Shown one piece after another: positions 42,998 through 53,753 of a stretch of DNA of 64,000 nucleotides. The stretch comes from Candidatus Bathyarchaeota archaeon (GTDB lineage Archaea > Thermoproteota > Bathyarchaeia > Bathyarchaeales > Bathycorpusculaceae). Position numbers and translations under genes: made by a program. Under the pieces are notes generated by a model. That model saw nothing but the letters and a program-made list of their open reading frames with translations, made no database searches and was not told where the DNA came from. The stretch is from NCBI GenBank assembly GCA_963717465.1, contig OY970340.1, forward strand, positions 2,336,001-2,400,000, in the 5' to 3' direction. The first letter of the stretch is position 1; every line of letters begins with the position of its first letter.

Positions 42998-43288
42998 TTT
43001 GTCATTGTGTATTATTTCTAACTTACATTTTGCAACATTGTTACAAATATTAGTAATTTTTTAAAACATATTCTCAAACAGTTCCGTCATAATTTTGCGA
43101 TAAAGTTCAGGGTTAATCAGTTATCTAAGTCTGTTAGTCCGAGAAATCCCATTTAACATTGGCTCAATTATAACCTTAAGCAAATCGACTTAACCAATAA
43201 GCGAATGCAGAAGTTCATATGGCTGAACTTAACAAGTTTTATTTTTATCATTTGTGTTACTCTAGTCCTTAATTATATGCAATAATTT

Positions 43289-43810
43289 TTAAGGTTGAAA
43301 AAGTGACTCCAAATTTCGCAGTGAAAAGGGTTTTGGAAACTTTTTGCCCGTGTAAAACATGAAGCTGTTTGTTTCAACATTTGGACGAAACATTGATTCT
43401 TTTTGCATTCTGTCAGATAGTTCTAGATAACTGTTGTATGTTTTGTGTGCTGATACGACTACCCAAGTGGTTCCTGCGAAACTTTGCTCCATAAACACGC
43501 ACAGTATTTCGGGCTGTTTTTGAATCAATTCTTGAGCTTCTTTAGCTTGTGCTGGTGTAATCACATCACTCGTTTTTGCGAATGAAAATACAATAAAGTC
43601 TAAGCCCATTTTGTGGAAGTCAGGTATTACAGTGTATTCTTTTATGTAGCCCTCTTGCTCTAACTTCTTTTTTCGTCTGGACAACGTTGCATTGCTTATT
43701 CCTAAGGTCTTGGCAACAGCTCTATCACTTTTGCCGCCAAGCGACATTAGAGCAAACAAAGCCTTCAGGTTTTCCTGTGCTTTCTTGTCCGACGTGTCTT
43801 GCTTGCTCAT
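43289..43810 (-). CDS. Lrp/AsnC-family transcriptional regulator
   Basis: SDRAVAKTLGISNATLSRRKKKLEQEGYIKEYTVIPD HTH. Confidence 0.9.
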   Translation of the reverse strand: MSKQDTSDKKAQENLKALFALMSLGGKSDRAVAKTLGISNATLSRRKKKLEQEGYIKEYTVIPDFHKMGLDFIVFSFAKTSDVITPAQAKEAQELIQKQPEILCVFMEQSFAGTTWVVVSAHKTYNSYLELSDRMQKESMFRPNVETNSFMFYTGKKFPKPFSLRNLESLFQP

Positions 43811-44023
43811 AATTAATTCTCAACTTCACATAGTATTCAGTATATTGTTTAAGTTTTTCGCGTTCATCGATAATTAAGAAAAAGGGCTTCTGTGACTTAA
43901 GTTAATATCAAGTGTTGTTTGTGTTACCGCTAGCTCGTCATATTTTGGCTATAGTTATCGCTTTTTCCTTATTTCCCAAAACTTTTTATAAAAGGTGTTC
44001 CTTAAAACGAAGCATTAAGGAGA

Positions 44024-46057
44024 TTGATAGAAGTGAGTGTAAAATTTAAATATCTTTTTTCTCCGTTGAAAATAGGGCCAGTGACAATTCCTAACAGAAT
44101 AATGTTGACTGGTCATAGTAATTTTCATGTAGATGAAACGGGAAACCCGACAGAATATTTGGCGTACTATCAGGCTGAAAGAGCAAAGGGCGGCTGTGGG
44201 CTAATATGCTATGGATTTATCTCAGTATATCCGAAGGAAATGGCGTGGGAGTATCCAAACTTCCGTTCTAGTTATACTACGCGTGCGCTTATACTTAATG
44301 CATATCCGCGTGGTCCTGACGAGGATTCTATTCCATCTCTGAAGAAAATTACTGATTTGTGTCACGATGCTGGCACTGGAACAAAGGTTTTTGCTCAGAT
44401 GGGTGCTAGTGGATGTTGGGAGGGTAGATGGGCTCCTTCCGAAACTGTAGACCCAGCAGATCCAAGAAAAACCAATATGGAAATGACTGAGGAGCAAATT
44501 GAAGCGGTGCTTGATGGTTTTGGAAAATCTGCCAAGAACATGTTAAAAGCAGGCTTTGATGGTATTGAAATTCATGATCATGGTGGCTTAGTACATCAGT
44601 TCATGTCTCCATTAACGAATAGGCGAAAAGACAAGTGGGGCGGAAGTTTAGATAATCGAATGAGATTCTTTTATGAAGCAATTAAAAGATGCAGAGAAAA
44701 CATGAGCAGTAATATGGCTTTGATTACTAGGCTTTGTGTTGATGAATTCGTTCCTAACGGAATAGGCGTGATGGATGGCGTGGAGATTGCAAAGCTACTG
44801 GAAGATAAGGTTGATGGTCTTGATATTGACATTGCAACTGAACCCGCATCCCTAAACGTTATAGTTGCTCCACTGTATATGGAGCCTGGCTACCAACTGT
44901 ATGGAGTTGAAGCGGTGAAAGAAGTCATAAAGAAGATACCTATAGGTTGTGTTGGTAGAATCAATGATGCAATGTTTGCTGAAAAAATCTTGGCTGAGGG
45001 CAAAGCTGACATTATAGGCATTTGCAGGGGACAGATTGCCGATCCTGAATTCTGTAACAAAGCTAAAGCAGGAAGACTAGACGATATAAGACCCTGCTTG
45101 TATGAGAATGAGGGTTGCATGAAAACAGGTTCTGTACAATGCACTGTAAACCCCACTAATGGATGCGAGAAGGCTTGGGGAATTGGAACAATTAAGTCTG
45201 CTGCAAAGAAAAAGAAGATTTTGGTTGCTGGTGCGGGTCCTGCAGGAATGGAATTTGCTAGAATTGCAGCTACCAGAGGGCACAATGTTACCATTTACGA
45301 AAAGTCAAATGATGTTGGAGGAGCCATTAATTTAGCTATGAAGTTGCCGGGAAGAATGGAATATGATGGTTTCAAGAGATGGCTAAAGATTCAGCTTGAC
45401 AAGTTGGGAGTTAAAATTGTCCTTAATAAGGAGGTTACGCCTGAACTTGTTAAGAGCGAAAATCCGGATGCTGTAGTAGTTGCTATTGGAGCAGACCCCA
45501 TGCGTGACGGCGACAACGCAGGCATGTATGCCGCAATTGATGGATGGAATCAGCCAAACGTTTGTGTAGGTGAAGACATACTTGAAGGCAAAGTTGACAT
45601 CAACAAACTTGGACCAAGAGTAATCATTTATGATCAAGTTGGCTATGATGAAGGCTTGGGAATTGCTGAAATGATTGCAGATGCTGGAAAACAAGTTGAT
45701 ATAAGGTCTGCAAGCTACTTTATCGGCGGTGCTGATATATTCCCGACTTTGCAGTTTGCACAATTGTTCCAGCGTCCAATGGAGAAAGGTGTGAAGCTTA
45801 GTCCAATGTCGTTGATGACTTACATTAGTGGGAACACAGTCGGGTTCATGAACAGTTTTACTCATGAAATGTACGAAGTCGAAGCTGACAATATTGTTCT
45901 CTGTGTAAGTAAAAAACCAAATTCTGAACTGTTCAAGAAGTTAATGGCGGCAGGATACAAACACAACGTAAACCTATACAAGATCGGCGATGCAAACGCT
46001 CCACACAATATCTGCGACGCCGTATACTACGGCCACGGCTTGGGAAGGGAAATCTAA
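44024..46057 (+). CDS. OYE-like NADH:flavin oxidoreductase with FAD domain (FadH/BaiCD/TMADH-like)
   Basis: LFSPLKIG..NRI, ERAKGG, AGFDGIEIH, NRRKDKWGGSLDNRMRF, GAGPAG, IGDA. Confidence 0.92.
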   Translation: MIEVSVKFKYLFSPLKIGPVTIPNRIMLTGHSNFHVDETGNPTEYLAYYQAERAKGGCGLICYGFISVYPKEMAWEYPNFRSSYTTRALILNAYPRGPDEDSIPSLKKITDLCHDAGTGTKVFAQMGASGCWEGRWAPSETVDPADPRKTNMEMTEEQIEAVLDGFGKSAKNMLKAGFDGIEIHDHGGLVHQFMSPLTNRRKDKWGGSLDNRMRFFYEAIKRCRENMSSNMALITRLCVDEFVPNGIGVMDGVEIAKLLEDKVDGLDIDIATEPASLNVIVAPLYMEPGYQLYGVEAVKEVIKKIPIGCVGRINDAMFAEKILAEGKADIIGICRGQIADPEFCNKAKAGRLDDIRPCLYENEGCMKTGSVQCTVNPTNGCEKAWGIGTIKSAAKKKKILVAGAGPAGMEFARIAATRGHNVTIYEKSNDVGGAINLAMKLPGRMEYDGFKRWLKIQLDKLGVKIVLNKEVTPELVKSENPDAVVVAIGADPMRDGDNAGMYAAIDGWNQPNVCVGEDILEGKVDINKLGPRVIIYDQVGYDEGLGIAEMIADAGKQVDIRSASYFIGGADIFPTLQFAQLFQRPMEKGVKLSPMSLMTYISGNTVGFMNSFTHEMYEVEADNIVLCVSKKPNSELFKKLMAAGYKHNVNLYKIGDANAPHNICDAVYYGHGLGREI

Positions 46058-46240
46058 AACCTTCTCCAAAATTTCTTTTTTCATAACTTGAATTTTTTTT
46101 GAAGCAAAATTGTTGCACTTTTAGTAGTTAATTCCAAGCGAATAAGAGATCTAAATGTCAAAAACCATAAAGGAAAAATTTCGAAAAATTTAATTCAATG
46201 AATTTTCAAAAAATTGAAAAGATTGAATTAATGCGTAGGA

Positions 46241-47746
46241 TTATTGTCCGTATTTTTTATTAAATTCGGCTAATGCTGCCTTACGTTGTTCGATAAACGT
46301 TTGAAGCTCTATTTTGGCCTTTTCTGTATTATCAACTATGTCATCAGCTTTAGTTTTAACAGCTAAATTAGAATCACCTGTTTTTTCAAGCGATCCTTTA
46401 ATTTCTTCAGCTTTCTTCTCAACCGCTGCTGCGGCATTACTCATATCACCCGATATCTTTGATGCTTCCTTAACATCGTTAACAACCGTTTCAGTCAAAT
46501 CTTCAACATTCTTTGCGATGACCGCCACATCTTTAGCGATTTTCTCCAGCTCCTGAGCAGCAGACGTTTGCTCCTCAACCGTAGCAGAAACCTCCTCAGA
46601 AGCAGAAGAACTCTCCTCAGCAATACTAGCAACCTCATTAATCGTCCTAACAACACTATTCAAAGCATTAAGACCACGATCAACACCCATCGTCAAGTGG
46701 CCTACTTTACTAGTCATCGTATCCATAATCTTAGCAATACCCTCAGCCTCCTTAATCGCATCCAAAACCACCTTCGTACCTTCAGCCGCATTAGTCTGAG
46801 ACTGAGTAGCAATAACATTAGTCTGCGTTCCTGCATCTTTAATTCCCTTCACAAGGCTGATGGCTGATCCTGCAGCTACTTTTGATTGACCCGCTAAACC
46901 TTTAACGGCATCAGCAACAACCGCAAAGCCTCTTCCAGCTTCTCCTGCTCTAGCCGCCTCAATCGCCGCGTTCAAAGCCAACATATTAGTCTGACCAGCA
47001 ATATCCGAGACGGAATTAGCCATCTGACCAACCTGCTCAACACTATTAACCATCGAAACCACCGCATCAGAAACCTTCGTTATATTAGTCTTAATATCCT
47101 CAATAGCATGCAAACCCTGCTGACCCTTCTCATTAGCATGCTTAGACTTCCTCAAAGCCTCATCAGTAACCAAAGAAGCCTCCTTAGCAATACCACCCGC
47201 CTCATCCATAACCCTCTTCAAAGCCTCAGTACTCTTAGCAGCCTCCTGAGAAAGCTCAGCCAACTTCTGTGCCCCAGTAGAAACCTGCTGCGATGCAGTG
47301 CTAACCTGCTGCATGCCTAAAGATATCAAATTAGACGTCTTCTCTACTTGTTTGCCCATATCCTCAACGCTAACACCAGCCTTGGCAACATCCTGTGCAC
47401 TTGTTAAAGCTTTTTGTGCATATTCACCAACTGTCTTTGCAGAATTTGCAAAATTAGAGACTAATGTTGAAGTTTCTATTGCAAGCTCCGCAGTGGCAAG
47501 AGTTGTTGAACCATGCTCCATTATATCTTCATCAATTCCCTTGGCAGAATTAATTGTATCTTCGCTATTTTTGATAATTTTTTCAATAACTTGAATTATC
47601 CCCTCAAACTCTTTCACATGATATTGTAAAATCTCTTCCTTCTCAGTTTGAAGCTTTTTGTTTTCTTGGACAAGCTGCTCTAACTGGCGTTCGAGCTCTG
47701 AAACTTTATTTTCCTGAGATTCAGCGGCCATTTTAATCAAATCCAA
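46241..47746 (-). CDS. Soluble methyl-accepting chemotaxis protein
   Basis: [30 protein letters not shown] signalling tip; no TM segment. Confidence 0.93.
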   Translation of the reverse strand: MDLIKMAAESQENKVSELERQLEQLVQENKKLQTEKEEILQYHVKEFEGIIQVIEKIIKNSEDTINSAKGIDEDIMEHGSTTLATAELAIETSTLVSNFANSAKTVGEYAQKALTSAQDVAKAGVSVEDMGKQVEKTSNLISLGMQQVSTASQQVSTGAQKLAELSQEAAKSTEALKRVMDEAGGIAKEASLVTDEALRKSKHANEKGQQGLHAIEDIKTNITKVSDAVVSMVNSVEQVGQMANSVSDIAGQTNMLALNAAIEAARAGEAGRGFAVVADAVKGLAGQSKVAAGSAISLVKGIKDAGTQTNVIATQSQTNAAEGTKVVLDAIKEAEGIAKIMDTMTSKVGHLTMGVDRGLNALNSVVRTINEVASIAEESSSASEEVSATVEEQTSAAQELEKIAKDVAVIAKNVEDLTETVVNDVKEASKISGDMSNAAAAVEKKAEEIKGSLEKTGDSNLAVKTKADDIVDNTEKAKIELQTFIEQRKAALAEFNKKYGQ

Positions 47747-47940
47747 TTTGGCTAACTTTTATAACTAAATTTCGAATATGTAGCTTGCGGCTTAACGATA
47801 TGTACTGTAAATTAAGAATTTGATTCCATTTTTTGAAAAACCTGTCTCACAGCAATGGAGTAATACACATTTAAAAGTGCAAGAAGGTAAACCTGAAGCA
47901 TATCAGCGCTTTGAGGCCAAGTTTTTTATCGTTGTTATAA

Positions 47941-48354
47941 TTAAAGTGCGAATTGAACGAGATAATATTTCTTTGATTCAATCAAAAATGTGCAATCCTT
48001 GATCAAGAATAGGTGGCTAGTGCAATTGCAATCTGAACAGCCAAAATCTTTGACTTCTTCGCCTTTCTTGCTTAATTTTTTGGCAGTATTGCATTCTTCT
48101 TTTTTGCTTGCTTCCTGAAACAGAACTTTAATAATTTTGGTGTTTTCGTTTTGAAGTAGATAGTCAATATGCCAGAATAGATTTTTTTCTTTTCGCAAAT
48201 GCCGTTTTACGCGAGTTTCAAGATTGTTTTGTGCACTGCCGACGTAAGCGTACAATCCTTTTTTGAAAGCTAAATTTCCTAATGCCCCAACTGTTATGCT
48301 GAGGTCTCTTGTTACTTGAATTATTAGCACATAAACGCCCTTCAAAGCATTCAT
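47941..48354 (-). CDS. DUF123 / GIY-YIG family protein
   Basis: KGVYVL, YVGSA, WHIDYLL, FGCSDCNC.SHL. Confidence 0.9.
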   Translation of the reverse strand: MNALKGVYVLIIQVTRDLSITVGALGNLAFKKGLYAYVGSAQNNLETRVKRHLRKEKNLFWHIDYLLQNENTKIIKVLFQEASKKEECNTAKKLSKKGEEVKDFGCSDCNCTSHLFLIKDCTFLIESKKYYLVQFAL

Positions 48355-48569
48355 CCTTCGTTTAACTTGCAGTTCGTTTGCGGATTATATTCTGCTTTCA
48401 AGCAAGTAGTTTTTTAATGCATGCACGACTAACCATAAATGTATTAGACTATTTATTTGATATCAAAAAGACAATTCAAAACAATTATGGGCGGGAACAT
48501 TAAGCTAGTTTTATGTTGAAGTTTGCATAAAAATATGATATGGAGTTGGTTTAGTTTTCCAGAGAAAGC

Positions 48570-49475
48570 CTGATTCAAGCACACAACTTAACTAAGACGT
48601 TTGATGGGTTCACGGCAGTTGACCATGTGGATTTCCAAGTCTATAAGGGTGAATGCGTTGGTTTTCTTGGTCCAAATGGGGCTGGAAAAACTACCACTGT
48701 GCGAATGATTTACTGTTTCTCGCCCATAACAGAAGGTGAATTGACAATTGCAGGGTTTAATGTTACTAAGCAAGCAAAAGAGATAAAAGGGCTGGTTGGT
48801 GTTGCGCCTCAAGAAGACAATTTAGATCCAGATTTTACAGTTATAAAGAATTTGACTGTGTATGCACGCTACTTTGACATTCCAAAAGAAAAAGCAGAGA
48901 AACGGGCAAGACTGCAATTGAAGTTTTTTCAATTAGAAGGCAAAGAAAAAGCTGATGTCGCTGAACTTTCAACAGGTATGAAAAGGCGCTTGATTTTGGC
49001 TAGAGCATTAATTAATGAGCCGCAGGTTTTGCTTTTGGATGAGCCAACTACTGGTCTTGATCCTCAAGCTCGCCATTTGGTTTGGGATGAGGTGCGCAGT
49101 CTGCGTAAACAAGGCGTGACAATTATTATCACCACGCATTATATGGATGAAGCGGCTGCATTGTGCGATCGAATCTTAATAATGGACAACGGAAAAATTA
49201 TCGAAGAAGGAATACCTGCTGAATTGGTAAAGAAGCATATTGGCGAAGACGTTCTGGAAGCAGACAACGACCCGAAAATCGTGGATTTGCTTAAAGCAGA
49301 ATTTCCAGACGCCCGATTTGAAGTTTTCAGCGACCGAATTAACGTTTTCACAACACGAGGACACGGGGCATTTGAACGTTTCATCGAAAAACACCCGCTT
49401 AGAAATGTGCTTATACGAAATGCCAACTTGGAAGATGTCTTTCTCAAACTTACCGGCAGAGGACTTAAAGATTGA
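48570..49475 (+). CDS. NodI-like ABC exporter ATPase
   Basis: GPNGAGKT, LSTGMKRR, LLLDEPT. The conserved N-terminus LIQAHNLTKTF lies upstream of GTG 48627, so the start codon is uncertain (CTG 48570?). Confidence 0.9.
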   Translation: MIQAHNLTKTFDGFTAVDHVDFQVYKGECVGFLGPNGAGKTTTVRMIYCFSPITEGELTIAGFNVTKQAKEIKGLVGVAPQEDNLDPDFTVIKNLTVYARYFDIPKEKAEKRARLQLKFFQLEGKEKADVAELSTGMKRRLILARALINEPQVLLLDEPTTGLDPQARHLVWDEVRSLRKQGVTIIITTHYMDEAAALCDRILIMDNGKIIEEGIPAELVKKHIGEDVLEADNDPKIVDLLKAEFPDARFEVFSDRINVFTTRGHGAFERFIEKHPLRNVLIRNANLEDVFLKLTGRGLKD

Positions 49476-50311
49476 AAACAACCATTAAATCGTCATCAAA
49501 ATTCTCTATACCAAAATTAACTTACAAGGTTTGGCGTGTTTGGAGAAGAAACTTTGATGTTTTCTTGAAAACAGTGAAAGTTAATTTTTTCCCTTCCTTA
49601 TTTGAGCCTATCCTGTACATTTTTGCTTTTGGATTAGGCTTAGGTGGATTGATAAGCGGTGGCCAAGTTGCGCCAGGTGTCCCATACGTCAACTTTTTAG
49701 CGCCTGGTTTAGTTGCGATTTCTATAATGAACGGCGGTTTCTTTGAAAATACTTACGGATCTTTTGTTAGAATGTACTATCAAAAAACATTCGACGCAAT
49801 AATAGCAACGCCTGTTAGCGTTGATGAAGTCATCGCTGGCGAACTCGTTTGGGGTGCAACCCGATCAGCCATCAACTCCACTACAGTATTAGCGGTTATC
49901 GCTGTTCTTAGCATGTTTTTTCATCCGTCTCTAATTGAAAGCCCACTTGTCCTCTTAGTGCCCCTTCTATCTTTTCTGGGAGGATTAATGTTTGCTTCAA
50001 TCGCCATGTGCTTCACCGCCCTAGCCCCAAACATTGAATTCTTCAATTACCCAGCTTTTCTTTTCGTAACCCCAATGTTTCTTCTCAGCGGAACATTCTT
50101 CCCCATTATAGGAAACCCGCAGATCCCTTATGCGATTCAACTATTTGCACAAATTGCCCTGCCATTAACCCCTGTGGCTACAATAACAAGAGGCCTATTT
50201 TTTGGCAATTTGAGTTTTAATATGCTTTTGGGTTTAGCTTGGATTATAACGCTTACAATTGTTTTCTTTATTTTGAGTATAAACTTGATGAGGAAACGGT
50301 TAATAAAATGA
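49472..50311 (+). CDS. NodJ-like ABC-2 permease
   Basis: FLAPGL, QKTFDAIIATP, PMFLLSGTFFP. Confidence 0.92.
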   Translation: MKTTIKSSSKFSIPKLTYKVWRVWRRNFDVFLKTVKVNFFPSLFEPILYIFAFGLGLGGLISGGQVAPGVPYVNFLAPGLVAISIMNGGFFENTYGSFVRMYYQKTFDAIIATPVSVDEVIAGELVWGATRSAINSTTVLAVIAVLSMFFHPSLIESPLVLLVPLLSFLGGLMFASIAMCFTALAPNIEFFNYPAFLFVTPMFLLSGTFFPIIGNPQIPYAIQLFAQIALPLTPVATITRGLFFGNLSFNMLLGLAWIITLTIVFFILSINLMRKRLIK

Positions 50312-50312
50312 G

Positions 50313-51245
50313 CTAAAGCTTTAGCCCCATAATTTCAGCCACGATAAGATAGTAAGCGGCTAATCCTTTCCAAGAACCCCAACCTTGTGCAATTTTTCTC
50401 GCTTCAGCACTGGTAATAGCTTCGCCATTGCGGTAATAAGTTGAGATTACTCTACGAATTCCAAAATCATCAGCAGGAAAAGCATCAAACATTTTCATTC
50501 CCCTAAGCATCGTAAGTTCAGCAGTCCAAATTCCGATGCCCCTAATTTCGTCCAGCTCAGTTATGACTTGCTCTGAAGTTTTGCTCTTCAAGCCTTCCAA
50601 ATCCAAGCTTTTTTCAGATATTAACGTTGATGCACCCTTGATGTATTCCGCTTTTTTCTGACTTAACCCGCAACTGCGTATCTCTTCAACGCTTGCAGAA
50701 GCTAGGGTTTGCGGAACTGGATACGCATAGTAGACTTCACCAGCTAAGCTTAAGGCGTCGCCGAATTTCTTTGTCAATTTTGCTTCTATCAAATTGGCAA
50801 CTTTAATTGAAATCTGCTGCTCAACGATGGAATCGACAAAGGCTTCAAAAACCGTCTGTGTTGTAGGACTCTTCAGTCCTCTTAATAGCTGAGTTATTTT
50901 ATTCATCACCAGATCAGTTTTCACATCTTCATAAAAAGAAGACAAGTTAAGATCTAAATTGAAAATATAACGAATTGTCTCCTGAGCTTTACTTACATCC
51001 TTCGTTGAAAGTGCACCGTTAGATCTGAGTGTTACTTTTATTGTTGGTTCATTGATAGAACCTTCAGAAGTTAAGTTCACGAGAACCAGGTTATCGTAGA
51101 TCCGTAGAACTTGGTGAAATTGACCGTTGCCGTAAAAACGTATCTGTTTATCGCCATGCGCAAAGAGATTTAAAGTTAGTTCAGAATTGAACGGCGGAAT
51201 CGGATCAATTGTAATTTTCTTTGTAAAGATTTTATTCAACTCCAC
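50313..51245 (-). CDS. alkA: DNA-3-methyladenine glycosylase II (HhH-GPD)
   Basis: IVEQQIS, IRGIGIWTA, FPADD. Confidence 0.9.
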   Translation of the reverse strand: MELNKIFTKKITIDPIPPFNSELTLNLFAHGDKQIRFYGNGQFHQVLRIYDNLVLVNLTSEGSINEPTIKVTLRSNGALSTKDVSKAQETIRYIFNLDLNLSSFYEDVKTDLVMNKITQLLRGLKSPTTQTVFEAFVDSIVEQQISIKVANLIEAKLTKKFGDALSLAGEVYYAYPVPQTLASASVEEIRSCGLSQKKAEYIKGASTLISEKSLDLEGLKSKTSEQVITELDEIRGIGIWTAELTMLRGMKMFDAFPADDFGIRRVISTYYRNGEAITSAEARKIAQGWGSWKGLAAYYLIVAEIMGLKL

Positions 51246-51370
51246 ACCTTTTGCTTTCGCCTTGTTCTGGCTTAACCGTTTAGCTTTTTTAAAAATATTC
51301 CGCTTGATAAAAATTAAAGATTTTTAACTTCAATTCTGCTAATGTAAGCAGGTATAGGATTGATTTGATC

Positions 51371-52045
51371 ATGCGTATAGTTGTCCGTTTAGGCGGTTCC
51401 GTTGTAGCTTCACCTGTTAACACTGAGTTGTTGATTAAATACGCTGACTTGTTAACTTCTGTGAAAGCTCAAGGCCATGAGGTAGCAGTGGTTCTCGGTG
51501 GAGGAACACTAGCTAGAGAATTCATTGGAATCGCTAAAAGCTTGGGACTTGATATGCAAGCTCAAGATGAAATTGCAATTTCAGTTTCCCGCTTGTTTGC
51601 TCAACTCTTTCTCAAGAAAATCGGAGATGCCGGTTGTGGAAAGATTGCTATTACGCTCGACGACGCGGCAGAATGTTTAGGTGAAGGCAAGATGGTGGTG
51701 ATGGGCGGTTTAAAGCCTGGAATTACCACTGATGCGGTTGCCGCTTTAGTAGCTGAACGGGTGAAAGCGAATTTGCTCGTAAAAGGCACTGATCAAGATG
51801 GTGTTTACAATAAAGACCCGCGAAAGCATGCTGACGCAATCAAGTTGGATCAAGTCTCTTTTGATGATTTGCCCAAGATTTTTGAGGAGAATGTGCATAA
51901 GGCTGGAATGCATCAGATTATTGATCCTGAAGCTGTCAAGGTTTTGAAACGCAACCAGTTAAAGCTAATAGTTGTTAACGGGTTTGCGCCTGAAAACATT
52001 TTGTCTGCTATTGAAGGCAAAAATGTTGGGACTTTAATTAGTTAA
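51371..52045 (+). CDS. pyrH: UMP kinase (archaeal type)
   Basis: RLGGS, GGG..AR, PG.TTD, DGVY.KDP. Confidence 0.95.
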   Translation: MRIVVRLGGSVVASPVNTELLIKYADLLTSVKAQGHEVAVVLGGGTLAREFIGIAKSLGLDMQAQDEIAISVSRLFAQLFLKKIGDAGCGKIAITLDDAAECLGEGKMVVMGGLKPGITTDAVAALVAERVKANLLVKGTDQDGVYNKDPRKHADAIKLDQVSFDDLPKIFEENVHKAGMHQIIDPEAVKVLKRNQLKLIVVNGFAPENILSAIEGKNVGTLIS

Positions 52046-52267
52046 TTCTCCATTTTGCTTTATTACGATACAATTGGAATAGCACTATCCTGGCGGTACC
52101 TTAACAAATAAACGTAATCAAACACGATTACGTTCCCCACAATTTTTATTTAAAGCACGTTTTCTATAGCAGGCTCTTTCGCGAGAGAGATGAATTCAAC
52201 CAAACCAGCAGAGTGTTAATTGCTTAATTACAGAAGACGTTTTTAAAAGCCGGAAGATGGATGATTA

Positions 52268-53128
52268 TTAAACGCTAGTGAAGAAATCTCTGGCTTTTGC
52301 CTCTTCGAATTTTCTTGCAACCTCATCAATTTGTCGACCTAGAATTTTTGCATTAATACTGCCTAAGCCTTTCTCGTTGGCTTTGCGTATATGCTTAACA
52401 TTGTTTGGATCAATACCCATAACTCTGCACGCGGTAGCATCAGTTGCCACAATATCTTCGCCAGCAATAATCAAATCCATCTTAACGGGCTTACCGTTGC
52501 CGGGCCCTTTGCCTTCCATACCAACAAAACCATCGATGACTGTTAATTTAGCCTTAAGAACAGCATTAATATCAACTATGACACCGCTCATGCCTCTGTT
52601 ATGATATTTGAATTTGACCTTATCAGGCAGCAGCCCAAACATGTTCTTCATGCCTAAAGTAACCTTTGTTATCGTGCTAGTTTTTAGTTTGGCCGCGTTA
52701 ATTATCGCTGATTCAGTAACTAATCGTGAAACAGTTATGCTTTTCAGCGTTTCCCTATCGGGAATATTTAGTTTTACCCTGTCTTCAATATGACGCAAAT
52801 TAATACACTCTACGCCGTTGCGTGTGCACATTTCTTTCATTCCTGTTGCTTCAAAAGCTTTATCAGCGTCAGTCATCGAGGCATCGGATTCGACAACGTA
52901 AATCTGTTTAACAGGTATATCCTTCAACTTTAAGATGATTGCTTCAACAACAAGTGGATCAGTCGTCGCGCCAGTATCCCATGTTTTATTAACGATGAAA
53001 TTGACTTTAATTATCACTTTGTCAAAGCCAGTTAAAGCTTTCTTGTAATTGATTAAGTCAAGGGCTTCAAAAACTGGCTTGTGCCCTCGCTCACCTTTAA
53101 CAATAGCAACATCAGGCAAATCTTGCAT
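52268..53128 (-). CDS. DUF362 family protein
   Basis: IKVN, TTDP..VEA, TLGMKNMFG, IDG..GMEG.GP, D.VATD. Confidence 0.88.
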   Translation of the reverse strand: MQDLPDVAIVKGERGHKPVFEALDLINYKKALTGFDKVIIKVNFIVNKTWDTGATTDPLVVEAIILKLKDIPVKQIYVVESDASMTDADKAFEATGMKEMCTRNGVECINLRHIEDRVKLNIPDRETLKSITVSRLVTESAIINAAKLKTSTITKVTLGMKNMFGLLPDKVKFKYHNRGMSGVIVDINAVLKAKLTVIDGFVGMEGKGPGNGKPVKMDLIIAGEDIVATDATACRVMGIDPNNVKHIRKANEKGLGSINAKILGRQIDEVARKFEEAKARDFFTSV

Positions 53129-53322
53129 AGTGGTTGGTATACTGAGGTAACTTATAAAATATTTCCATTTAACTGTAAAGAGCATGATTTTAGGTAATAA
53201 AGAGAAACTGCTCGAAAATTTTTACAATAAGCATAAGCGTGTAATTGTCTAAGAATAAAGAGGTAAAAACTTTGTCCCTTTTGTGGGACGACCATGCTAT
53301 TGAATTAAACTTTTTCGTGTTG

Positions 53323-53733
53323 TTATATGTCTTTTAGTTCATCTATTCGTATTTCTTTGGGGTCTAAGGGTTTTGAAGGAATGCGGTATGGGCTTTGTTC
53401 AATTATTAAACTAACTTGTTCTAGGTCTTTGAAGCCTCGTGCAAGCAGTTCTTCAGTTGATGGAGGGTCAATGGTTAATTGGAATTTAGGCCTCTTTTCC
53501 ATTTGAATTGTGCATAGACTGGCGCGAACTTTCATTTCTGGAACCATTTGGGAGTATTCGTCGCCATACTTTGCTTTTTTGACGGTTAAGTGTACTTCTT
53601 CGTCTGTGAATCCTTGAGAGAGCAGTTGATCATAGTCCTCGAAGGTTAAACCTACAATGAACATTTTCCCTTTGATGACTGTGATTTCGAAAAGGGAACC
53701 TTTGGTTTCGTATTTTGCGCCACTTTGAGCCAA
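53323..53733 (-). CDS. Hypothetical protein with an internal duplication (tandem AbrB-like?)
   Basis: SLFEI...LLSQGFTDEEVHL versus SLCTI...LLARGFKDLEQVSL. Confidence 0.65.
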   Translation of the reverse strand: MAQSGAKYETKGSLFEITVIKGKMFIVGLTFEDYDQLLSQGFTDEEVHLTVKKAKYGDEYSQMVPEMKVRASLCTIQMEKRPKFQLTIDPPSTEELLARGFKDLEQVSLIIEQSPYRIPSKPLDPKEIRIDELKDI

Positions 53734-53753
53734 TTTAAACCCCGCGATTTTGA

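Noticed and set aside
48546..48554. In-frame TAG after TTG as pyrrolysine/read-through in the NodI-like gene
   Set aside because: It lies before the conserved domain; a non-canonical or mutated start is the simpler explanation.
52111..52134. AACGTAATC/GATTACGTT inverted repeat
   Set aside because: An isolated hairpin between convergent genes, most likely a terminator or stability element.
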